Assembly (NCBI RefSeq): GCF_964204645.1 | Contig: NC_134027.1 | Coordinates: 14,664,485 to 14,728,484, forward strand | Length of the DNA stretch: 64,000 nucleotides | DNA from: Tubulanus polymorphus | Lineage: Eukaryota; Animalia; Nemertea | Direction of reading: 5' to 3' | Shown: positions 54,039 through 64,000 of the stretch, piece by piece | Layout: each line of letters starts with the position of its first letter | How positions within the stretch are numbered: position 1 is the first letter of the stretch | Notes under the pieces: generated by a model | Database searches by the model: none | Told to the model about the DNA's origin: nothing | Seen by the model: the letters and a program-made list of their open reading frames with translations, nothing else | Translations under genes and position numbers: made by a program

Positions 54039-54276
54039 ATGAAGTTGTCAGTAAGGGTTAGAGGAGAATGGTTTGCTGTGCCCTGTAAAGGAAATGAAAC
54101 TATTAAGTGGTTAGGAGATGAGGCGTTAAAAAGGTACTATAAATTACAACCGCAGAGTAGTCACGTGGCAAAAGCGGAACAAGTTCATGAGATAAGGAAA
54201 ACTCGGGGAGCGGCACTATTGGACCCGGACGATTACGTCAAATCCATTCTTAATGATGATGACTTTGTCTCAGTTG
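54039..54276 (+). CDS. HAL: Histidine ammonia-lyase, first coding exon (N-terminal metazoan extension)
   Basis: MKLSVRVRGEWFAVPC...WLGDEALKRY...LLDPDD...DFVSV matches my recollection of the animal HAL N-terminus (VRGEWLAVPC...WLGREAVRRY). Splice donor G|GTAAG at 54276/54277. The catalytic exons are not in the window. Confidence 0.85.
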
Positions 54277-54295
54277 GTAAGAAAAAGTATGATTT

Positions 54296-54300
<5 letters not shown>

Positions 54301-54378
<78 letters not shown>
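54301..54378. repeat. (TA)n microsatellite at the start of the HAL intron
   Basis: About 39 perfect TA units. Confidence 0.98.
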
Positions 54379-54384
<6 letters not shown>

Positions 54385-54708
54385 TATGAATACTCATGAT
54401 TTGTTATTTCTGGTATCTCTGTGATAAGATAAGATATAATGGCATAGGTTCTTCTAGGGGTTAAGCGTGTATGCAAATGGTTGAATAGACTTATGCCAGT
54501 AGAAGGGAATATTATTACCAAGAGTTCCATATAAGCGATAATAAGGGTCCTTTGAAGACTTATTGTGGACGCAGCAACAAACATTTACAAATTAAATATT
54601 TTTATATATTGATTACAACCATGCGCTATTTAAAGAGAATGAATAAGTCGTTGTGTACTACATTATCCGTATTTGCGTTTGACAATGACATTAACAATTG
54701 TGAATATG

Positions 54709-55017
54709 GCTGTGTTCACATTAGGATTTCATTACGGTACCAAGTGTTTACACTTGGAAATTATTCGAAGCCTATTCGCGGCTTATTCAGTTCCGTACTG
54801 GAATACGCGGCTTATCAAGCACGGAATGCGATTCCGCGCCGAAAACCCGTTCTCAGACCGGAACTCAGTTGGCCCCGTATTTTCTGTAGTGCGAACGTAG
54901 ATTCGGCGCTTAGTGGGTAGTATGAACGTAATTAGCTGTGTAAGCGCCGTATTTTGGTGAATTCGGCACCAACGAAGTACGGTACTTCGTAAGCGCTGAA
55001 TCTAATGTGAACGCGGC
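54709..55017. mobile_element. MITE (Harbinger-like termini)
   Basis: gctgtgttcacattag... / ...ctaatgtgaacgcggc inverted termini. Confidence 0.6.
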
Positions 55018-57344
55018 TGCAAACTGCAAAGCAGTGGGTTTTCTAATTTAATGGGGTATACACTGAAAAAAACGTTTCCGGGGATTCGAAACTGTTATTA
55101 TGATGAGACAAAATGAAGAATGTGTGATGAGGTGTGTGCTTGATTCTGATATTCTCGGAAACATCCTCTTTGGCACTAACATGTGTTGTGAACGAACGAT
55201 AACTTCATTTCTGACCGGTTTCGTACATAACGGCTTCAAAATAGGATGGACAGTAAAAACACAAATGATATCTACTAATTCAGATATTATTCTATTTCTA
55301 TCAAAATTTAACATGACATTACGAAGGTCCCTATTTCAAGATCAAAAGCAGGTGTTAAGTAGTCGAATTTGTTAGGACGTATACCTAACGAAATATTCGA
55401 TGAACTCGACATCCACTCGATATCACAGTACCGACGTTGCTATGTCGAATGGACAGAACCACGAAAATACATGTGATGGAGTCCTTACGGACGGACATTG
55501 AGGGGAAATGTCCATACTACGTGAAGCGTTCTCAACGGCCTCTATTAGCAGGGCAGTCACCTCGTTGTGTTAGGCTATATGCTACCATGTTTAAACTTTA
55601 AGATCAAAACGTTATCACCCATCCATAGATTGATGCCCTTTGCCGCATGTATCTATCACAATCATTAAAGTGTTAAATCTATCAAAGACATATTCAATTC
55701 TAAACAGCGTATACATGTAGTAAGTTAAGAAATCAAATGTTTAATGACAGTCTCTAAAATATCAAGTTGCTTGGAATAGTAGCCTGGTTTCCTGGAACAG
55801 TTAAATTCGGTCGCTCGTCATCGGGGGCATGTTTTAACACGATGCGCGGACAGTGATGGATGAATTCTTAAACACTGTGCTGACCACACGAAGACCGCAG
55901 AAACAAGCTAATGATCTCTCTTTACAGTAATCAAAAGCACTTCAGTATCTCTTGAGTTTGTAATTCCTTGGGCAAATGAGATAACACTGAAAACGTCAGA
56001 TTTTAAGATGTGAAGACAGCTAAAGACTCATTGAAATAAACCATAATTTCAAATATAACTGCTTAGCAGCGATAACGGGTTTCCGCCTTGCTAGATTGAA
56101 TTTCGTACCGTGCCAAGATTTCACCGAAATAATTTCATAACGTACCGCTTTTTCGAAGGAGCCACCAGGGGTCAACTCACACTCACACGTTGAAACACAT
56201 GGGCACGCCCTAAGTACTTATGTACCAAGTGTAGGTAAAATCACTTCGAGGAAAACGAAGATACAGTGTTACCATTCCCTAGAGGCAATCGTATGAACTA
56301 ATTCAGCTGGTTAACATACTATACCTATGTATATGTACTCACACCAGGTTTTATGATATCTACACGCGAAAAACGGATGTAAGAATGAGTTTTCAAAATT
56401 TATGCCCCCTCGTGGTTAGAATGGTAACTAAATGTAAGGGTTCGTTGTATTTCATATCCAGGTAGATGTGTATCAATTTTCATAGAAATAATTTGATTCG
56501 CTTAGTAGATATCAGTGGTAATGCATTTCCAGCGATTTGTAGGTCGCGCTCCTGGAGAACCATTATGAGATAACTAGTCAAATCATAGATCAGTACAAGC
56601 GTCTCCTCGAGGGCTACTGACCACACATTGCAACCACGAATCTATCGCCAACAGTTAAGGCAGTAATAAAATCTAGGTTCCTTTCCTATATCGGCTATAA
56701 CGGTTGTCGTTTTCATTGTTTTATGATTTTGTTTAAATCGTTTTTGTTATTTCAGCAGCGCATACCAACCTTGGTTAAGCGTGCGTGATCAGGCTTGAAA
56801 TTGGTATTCATACGCGGCACAGTGCTGCGGGAAATTCAATTCATTCTTTATTGACACAGAATTTCACAATAAAACATTTACTTTCACGTTTTTAAAAAAT
56901 TCTTTTAATTTTCTTTTACTTTCATTGGGTGCTTGCGTTAGCAGCAATTTGTAAAATCTCTGTATGAACATTTATATTTTTCAGTTTAAATATCTAAAAC
57001 TTAAAAACCGCTTTTCTGTAAAATAAATTCCGAATTGAATTGAAGACTGGTTCCCTGTCTCTTCATAGAGCCAGGGGGTAGTAGCCTATGGTGGCAATAA
57101 ACTTTATCGGATGATCGTAGTGGATTGTCGATTGAAGGAAATATAACTTAATCTTGCTTAATGTCTTTATTATTTTAAAAAGAAAAAACGTGGCTCATCA
57201 ATTTTCGTGTTCGCTTCTCTTCACCTGGAGTCACTCGAGTTAGTCACGTTTTTTCTTTCGGCTGTAAATTTTTTCTATGCAAAATCGTGTCCACACAATC
57301 CGATAAGTAATCTCGCAATTATCAACATGATGATAGATTCCTTA

Positions 57345-57785
57345 GAAAATCCTTCAATAAAATATTCTTTTTCTTCCAATGTTTCAGGTTCTATGTTATA
57401 CATATTATTAATTATTTCATCAAATGATATATGATTCATTCTTGGGTAAAATCTCTTATGTAATAATTCATCTCCAGTTTTTATATCAATTGGTTTTATT
57501 TTATCACCATTTTGGTTAATCAAACTATGATCTTCAGTAAAATCTACAACCCCTAATTTAGTTCTAACTCTATAAATCTTTTTATTTGTTTTATGTCTAA
57601 TAATATTTTTTAATTTTTTCCATCCATTTTTTGTCCAAACATCTATTAATCCATTTATTTGTATTAATTCTTTTTCACCATATGAAATATAAAGTTCAAT
57701 TATGTTAAGGAATTATTTCTGAAATTCTCCTTATTGATATTTTATTATTGTATTTTAATAATATTTGAGTATCAGCTGTTACAGA
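57345..57785 (-). other. Intein (N-terminal splicing/Hint region, truncated) inserted in PolB motif C
   Basis: LYFD is followed by SVTADTQILLK (block A, Ser1) instead of TDS. After a frameshift the frame reads DVWTKNGWKKLKNIIRHKTNKKIYRVRTKLGVVDFTEDHSL (block B TxxH)...KPIDIKTGDELLH. Confidence 0.88.
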
Positions 57786-59997
57786 ATCAAAATATAGTAT
57801 TTCAATATGTTTCTCCCCAAAAAAGTGGTTGTAGAACATTATAATAAAAATCATAAATTGATAATTTTGATACTTCTAAAACACTTGAACCTATAAAAAT
57901 TGGTTAATTAAATTTCATTGACGTTCTTTTTAATTTTACTGCTGTTAAATTATCTCCAAACCTTTTATTTCCTAAGTGTCTAGGGCTTGATTGTGGGTGT
58001 CTCAATCGTTCAGAATTATCTAATAGCTCAATATCATTTTTATTTCTAACATTTTCACATGTTTTCCCATAAAAACTATTATTCATTAATTATAAAAAAA
58101 AAAATCTCTTTCAAAATCTGTTTAAGATATTGTTCTCTGTTGAGTATTGAATTCTATATATTTTTCTAAACACTTTGATTGATTAAATTCATCATATCTA
58201 TGTACTTTTTTTAAATTTCATTCCTTGTTTTAGATAAAATTTTAACATTCTATAATGAACAATATAATTATATTTATCATTTTATGTTAGTATTAATTCT
58301 TCTGTAAAAACACGATCTATTTTCTGATATTCACTTGGATGACCATCATCAACGGCTAAATGTTCTGGGCAATAAGGTAAGTTTCTTGTTTTAAACTTTA
58401 TGTTATCAGGATATTCTAAATCAACTACAAAGAAATAACCAATTGGAGCATCATCTTCTAAACTCAAACTGCGCTTTCCCAAATAGTTTTATCACCATTT
58501 TCAACTTCTCTTAATATTTACTTTTTATATGGTTGAGGTTGCATCATTGCCCAACCATATAAATTATTGGCATCAATACATAATTATCGATATTCATCAT
58601 TCGCTTTAAAATACCTATCAGCCATGACCCCACTAATTCCACCTCTAATAGTTTTTTCAAATAATAATACCATATCTGGTTCTTTAATAAATCTAATTCT
58701 ACATTTGTATATTTCAAACCGCATTGCCAGGTTAAATCAGGACTTGAATAACAATAACAAGGATCAACATTAAAATGATTTTAACTAACTTCTCTAAACT
58801 TTTCAAATATATCAGCCGATATCATAAAATCTGGTTTTAAATATAAATCAACTAATTCGCCATGATTTTTAAAATTGAAATGATTCCATATATTCAATGT
58901 TTTATTAAAAATTTCATCTTTCACGTACTCATTTTCTTAAATTTATCATAAAATTGTTTTTTCAATAAATTTGTTTCTTTGAAATCATCATGTGTTTTAT
59001 AAAATGAATGAGGTATTGCGCCTTTATATCTTAATAATTTGAAGTCGTCTTGTTCATCTGGATAATAATAACGCGTTATTATAAAATCATTGTCAACTAA
59101 ACTTTTTGCTAAATTATCTAATACACTTGCTAGATATCTACACGAGTCTAAAAATCTAATGCAACCAAATTGAAATGAAATATTATTTTCAGATGTCTTA
59201 GCTAATAGTTTAAAATCATATTTTCTAACATTTGCATCATTTATAGCATTACATTCTTTTAGTTCTTGATTGATGACACCCAATTTTCCTGATAGTTGTT
59301 TTATAAATATTTGGGTATCATAGCCTGATAAATTATGAAATAATATTGGTACGAAGTTAAATATCTTACCTTGTAAGTTACAATCTTCATGAGCAGCTCC
59401 ATGATATTTTGAATCTAGATGATCATGATCTTTAACTTTTTTATCAAATGAATAAAAACGTTTTAACAGTAACAACAATGAGTTGCATAATTAAAATCAA
59501 CTTCATCTTCTTTGGTCATAATTATTTTTTTATTTTTATTTAATAATTGTGAAAAATCACTTTCTAATTCAATTATTTTATTACACATTCATTTACTACA
59601 TCTTCACCTCTAAAAGAAATATGTTGACTTTCATACAATTCAGGATAATTTGATTTTATATAAATTCCGTACGCAGCAGCTCTTTGGTGAACTTTTTTAA
59701 TTGTACTTATAATTGGTGGGTCTTGTACTGTGTTTTCATTAAGTTCATTTCCCTTATCCATTGATTTTAAAATTTGTTTTATTTTTCTTTTCTATCTTGG
59801 TCAGTTAATTCTGTATTCAACGATTCAAAATCTCCATATATTACAAATGGAACAATATTTTTGAATTTATGATTAGTCATTTCAACTTATAATCCTTTTC
59901 TGTTGGCATTATTAATTTACAAAATCTTTTACTAAATAATAATAATAATTCTTTTATTAATGCATTCTCTGTCATAAATTAAGACAAACATTTTCTA

Positions 59998-61012
59998 CAG
60001 GGTGTCCCATTAATTACTATACATAAAGAACTGCCTGTATCCTCCACATTTCTCAATGAAATGTTTCGATTTTCCACCAAAGGATAGAATGTAACGGTAC
60101 TTTTTGATTATTATCATGGTTGCTATGGTAATTTGCTTAGTGATTTCCTAGCAACTGATTACATTGTTGTAGGGATTTTGTGTAATTTCGATTTAGAATA
60201 GATCACTTTTAAATCATGTGTATGTCAATGAAACAAAAAGCCTAGACTGTATGCTGTTTTTTTAGGAAACCAAATCTTTCTGTCAGTCTGAATCACCGAT
60301 TTTGGAGTTAAAAATCCCTATCTGATTGCAGAGAAGCCACTTAATGTCATCAAGTGAGCTGTCTGTTGTCTACTAGGTGTGATCTTTTGATTTGCCATAC
60401 AGTAGGTCATCCAATGGGCCTATAATCGGGCCACACTTTTTGACAAAAAAGGAAATGGTGACTATGAATAGAGCCGGCTATCATACGATGCCGATTCAGT
60501 ACTCCATTACAAAACTGTGTAGATGTCTAGAGGAAGTCTCAATCCAGTGTGGTTCCAACAGAATGGTGTGCAATGTTTTACAGCACGCAAAACAATTGAT
60601 GTTCTGCATAGGCATTTTGGTCACAGTATCTCAGCGCTGCAAACTGTGCTACTGGGCCCTATACTCGCCTGACCTAAATCCACTGGACTTTTACTTGTGG
60701 GGCTACTGCTGAAGGACACAGTGTACTAAAACAAACCAAAAACTATTGATGATTTAAAGAGAAACGTCTGCAATAACACAGATGATTGGCAACGTACAGA
60801 GAAATTTCAACAATAGACTGAATCATGTGATAAAATTGACAGCTTCTCTCATCTAGTATATTTTGTAAACTAATTGGATTTTAGTAAAGTAATTTTTTTG
60901 TGGTGAAAAGTATTATTGTAATCCATCTATCCTGGAGATTTGGCTGATATATCTCAAGCGGTTTGAAAATGACAGGCAGTTTTTTATGTATAGTAATTAA
61001 TGGGACACCCTG
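59998..61012 (+). mobile_element. Tc1/mariner-superfamily element (degenerate, internally deleted) inserted in Polinton PolB
   Basis: TIR cagggtgtcccattaattactatacataaa.aactgcctgt at both ends; TA TSD; transposase remnant YSPDLNPLDFYLWGY. Confidence 0.92.
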
Positions 61013-62025
61013 TACATAGACAAATTTTATGATGGTGATCACTTCCTGTTTTAAAGAATAAATCTATTTGTTTTAACCACATATAATGTTCATCTTCATC
61101 TTTTTTGTAGTATAATAAATTTATAACATTTTAATCATAATAATGTGTCTCTGGTAGTAGCATTAATTCGAATACATTTATTTTTAGATTATTAACTTTT
61201 TCTATTTTAGGTATCAGTTTAATAGTTACTTGGTATTGTTCAATTTTATATACTGATTCGTACTTCCGATAATCTGTTACTCAACAAACATTGTCCATAG
61301 TTGGGTGTAAACAACTAATCATTGACCATAAAAAAACATTTATTATCTTCATTTTGAACTTTTATAACTGCTTTTGTTGCAAATGGTAATTTAATATAAG
61401 ATGATCCTTCAATATCCTTGTCGGTTGTAAAGTTTGAATCATTTGTAAACATTTTATTACTTTTTGATGTTTTATTTCTTTTTATATTATAGATATTTAA
61501 ATCTAAAAATATAATTTCATTCAATGATAAGCCCGAACCCTCCAAGTATCTTTCTTCAATACGCCTTTAAATTCATTAAATATTTTTTCTAACTTCTCTT
61601 TTATTTGTATTTTTGAAATCATTTCTTCAGAGTTTGTTTGAATATTATAATCAATTTTTTTCTGACTTGATAAAGCTAACTTTTCCAGAGATACTAATTT
61701 TTGGATATTCAATATCTGTAACAAAGTCAATTATTTTTGCCATTATTTAATATATTAACTATAATTTTCGATTGTTGTTCCTTTAAAAAATCTAAATAAT
61801 AGCTGCCGGCCAAATTTTACTATGTAGTGTTTCTAAGATTTCAGTTGTATCTTTTTTGTCTAGTGAAGCAATATAATTTTCAATATTACCCATATAAGAT
61901 TCATTCAAAATAGATTTAGTTTTCTAATAGATTTTTTTACTTGTTGAGGTTTATCATCAAAATAATCTGTTCCTAAAATATTTTTACTTGAATTTTGTTG
62001 ATGTTTTTATGACTCAACATGTCTA

Positions 62026-63250
62026 TCATAATTCATTTTTCTGATAGGCGGCATCATGGCCTAACCACCACTTGAACTCTGCATCTATTTTGACCAGTTC
62101 ACGCATTGCTGACGTTTGGCTTGACATTTTGGGTTCGAATGGGCTCATATACGTAACCATCCATAAGAACGACTGGAAGACTTTTACGTTCTTTGGAGCT
62201 TTCATCAATAAGATGGCTCAAACTTTCTCAGGGTCTGGGCGTGCCCCATCGCCGTCGAATATTACTCCGAAAAAGCCTACACTAGACTGTCCTATTGCGG
62301 TCTTATCGAAATTAAATATTAGTCCTTCTTTTCGTGCTACCCTCATCATGTGATGTAGATTCCTATCATGTGTCTTCTTGATACCGACCAAACGGGCTAT
62401 TGAAAGTCGTGAGAAAACTTGTAAACTCTCGTCCGGCATGACGGACCAGTACCCATGTTTGGTATCTAGTTTAGAAAATACCTTGCTGCCAGAAAGTCTT
62501 AGCCTCAACTCTTCCAGAGTGGGTGTGACGTGGTGGCATCTTCTTATCGCCTTATTCTAATCCTTAGGGTCAAGGCAAATCCTTAGATTCCTATTTGATT
62601 TTCTTCTTTACGCGGGGGACCTTACCCATTCAGTCGGTTCGGTGACCTTCGTTATAACCCCTTGGTTTTTCATGCCGTCTAGCGTTTCTTTCATCTCCTC
62701 ACGAAGTCTTATTGGTTGACGACGGAAAGGGTTTATCACTGGAGTTGCGTCTTTGCCAATAACGATGCTATACTCGCCCTCAAACTCGCCGATTCCTTCG
62801 AATCTGTTGGGATTCAACTTCCGTAAGTCATTCCTGTTATTTATCGGTGGGTCTATGACCTGTCGACTTGTGAATAGGTCGTCTTTTCGTACCTCGCATT
62901 GGGGCGTCACCAGCTTCATATCACGACATGTAGGAAGTCCTAAAATGGCTGGTCCATCAGTCACATAAAAGTTTGTAGGGACTGTAATCGCTTCCCGCGT
63001 ACATAGTATCAAGCATATACCGTATCATATCAGTCTAGTGCCTCCATAAGCTGTTAAAACCGTACCATTATTCTTCAAGCCCTTAGGCAGTCAATTGGCG
63101 TGTACTTTCGTCGGAAACATGCGTCTATATAGTCGCATGGGAAGCAGGTGACCTTGTGCTCCGGTGTCCACCTTTGCAGTCAAAGTCGTACCACTGTTTC
63201 TTCCGATGCTGATGCTGATAGTGGCATAAACCTCATCGCGGTTGCCTGAC
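62026..63250 (-). pseudogene. Gypsy/Ty3 pol remnant (protease, RT)
   Basis: AKVDTGAQ; PTEWV.SP; LRICLDPKD; FSKLDTKHGYW; PDPEKV; frameshifts and deletions. Confidence 0.88.
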
Positions 63251-63430
63251 GGTCGTCTTTCTGTTACCTAGTTAAAGTTCAGTGTTTCAAACTCGTCGTA
63301 TTCTGTGTTTTCTAGTGCATGTACTGTCTGTGATGTAATGGTACTACGATTTCCACCACTTGTAATGGGACAACCACCTCTACCACTGTTATGTCACCTC
63401 TCACTAAATGGTGTGCCGCTGGATCTTCTA

Positions 63431-64000
63431 TGTAACTGGATCCAATCGCCGACCTGCCTCTTCCTTATGTAGATATTAACTACTTACACTTCTATCTGGT
63501 ATGATCAAGCTTTTCTTTGTTTTCTCTCTACTGCTTACGCCATCTATTCAGCTTTATCTCCCCAACTCTCTTTTAGTACTCTCTCTCATATAGTCTCTTT
63601 TTTACTGTCTTTTGTACTCCCTTTTGTGCTCTCTTTTGTACTCTCTTTTGTACTCCCCTGGACCAAGAACCTTATATACTATTTGGTTCATTCTTTACAT
63701 TCCTATACCATGACCATACCCGCTTCTACAATCACCCTATTTGGTATTATCAATCCCTGCTACTTCCATTCTACTCCCTCCTGTACTATACTAACCATCC
63801 CTTAAAAAACCTTACATATTAAGTATAGTTACTCATTGCTGTTCTTACTTGTCAATATACTCCCTCCTTGTAATTCGAGCCATTTGCCTTCAGTGTGCGC
63901 ACCAGCACATATCTAGTGTGCGCTATCGTGCTCACACACTATCTTTTCCATACATTTAAAACCCTATAACTATTGCTTCTACAGTGACCTCTGAAATATT
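63431..64000 (-). mobile_element. Probable LTR (partial) ending ...GTTACA at 63431
   Basis: Minus-strand TATATAA (~63672-78), then short purine-rich repeats (gagtacaaaaga) and a terminal CA. The other end is outside the window. Confidence 0.45.

Larger units (their letters stand above)
57345..62020 (-). pseudogene. Polinton/Maverick protein-primed family B DNA polymerase, heavily decayed
   Basis: EGSG...GSSYIKLP...QNEDNKCF; CLCRKCL; YGDFES; DHDH...GAAHEDCNL; FHNLSGYD; FLDS; IRGGIS; motif A IDANNLYGWAM; motif B LMNNSFYGKT.ENVR; PIFIGSSVLEVSK; motif C LYFD. Many stops and frameshifts. Confidence 0.93.

Noticed and set aside
54277-54389. ORF extension GKKKYDFN(IY)n of the HAL ORF and the antisense (YI)n ORF
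   Set aside because: Read-through past a GTAAG donor into a (TA)n microsatellite.
57275-57785. Hint domain as a Hedgehog-family host exon
   Set aside because: It begins with Ser exactly at PolB motif C, in frame with the polymerase and with the same AT-rich codon use; Hedgehog Hint domains begin with Cys-Phe.
63970-64000. Possible splice acceptor (ttgcttctacag) for HAL exon 2
   Set aside because: Too little downstream sequence to test, and it lies within a probable LTR.

Overview
AT-rich animal (probably marine invertebrate) genomic DNA dominated by nested mobile elements. No prokaryotic operons, rRNA or CRISPR arrays are visible. Positions 1-33227 form a giant, nearly perfect palindrome: x pairs with 33228-x, the arms are 1-15779 and 17449-33227, and the spacer is 1669 bp. 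Each arm carries a defective BEL/Pao LTR retrotransposon, a ~3 kb foldback element and several MITEs. The right half contains a Gypsy-type 3' LTR joined to a Polinton-like penton cassette, an APE-RT LINE interrupted by two LTR insertions, a ~905 bp direct duplication, and the first coding exon of the host histidine ammonia-lyase (HAL) gene. The following HAL intron holds a decayed Polinton/Maverick protein-primed PolB, a mariner-type element and a Gypsy remnant. Two observations stand out. (1) A giant-virus-like intein sits exactly at the motif-C (YxD|TDS) site of the Polinton PolB. (2) An LTR element has no tRNA primer-binding site, and its two LTRs carry a 64-bp terminal hairpin segment in opposite orientations, which hints at unusual priming.
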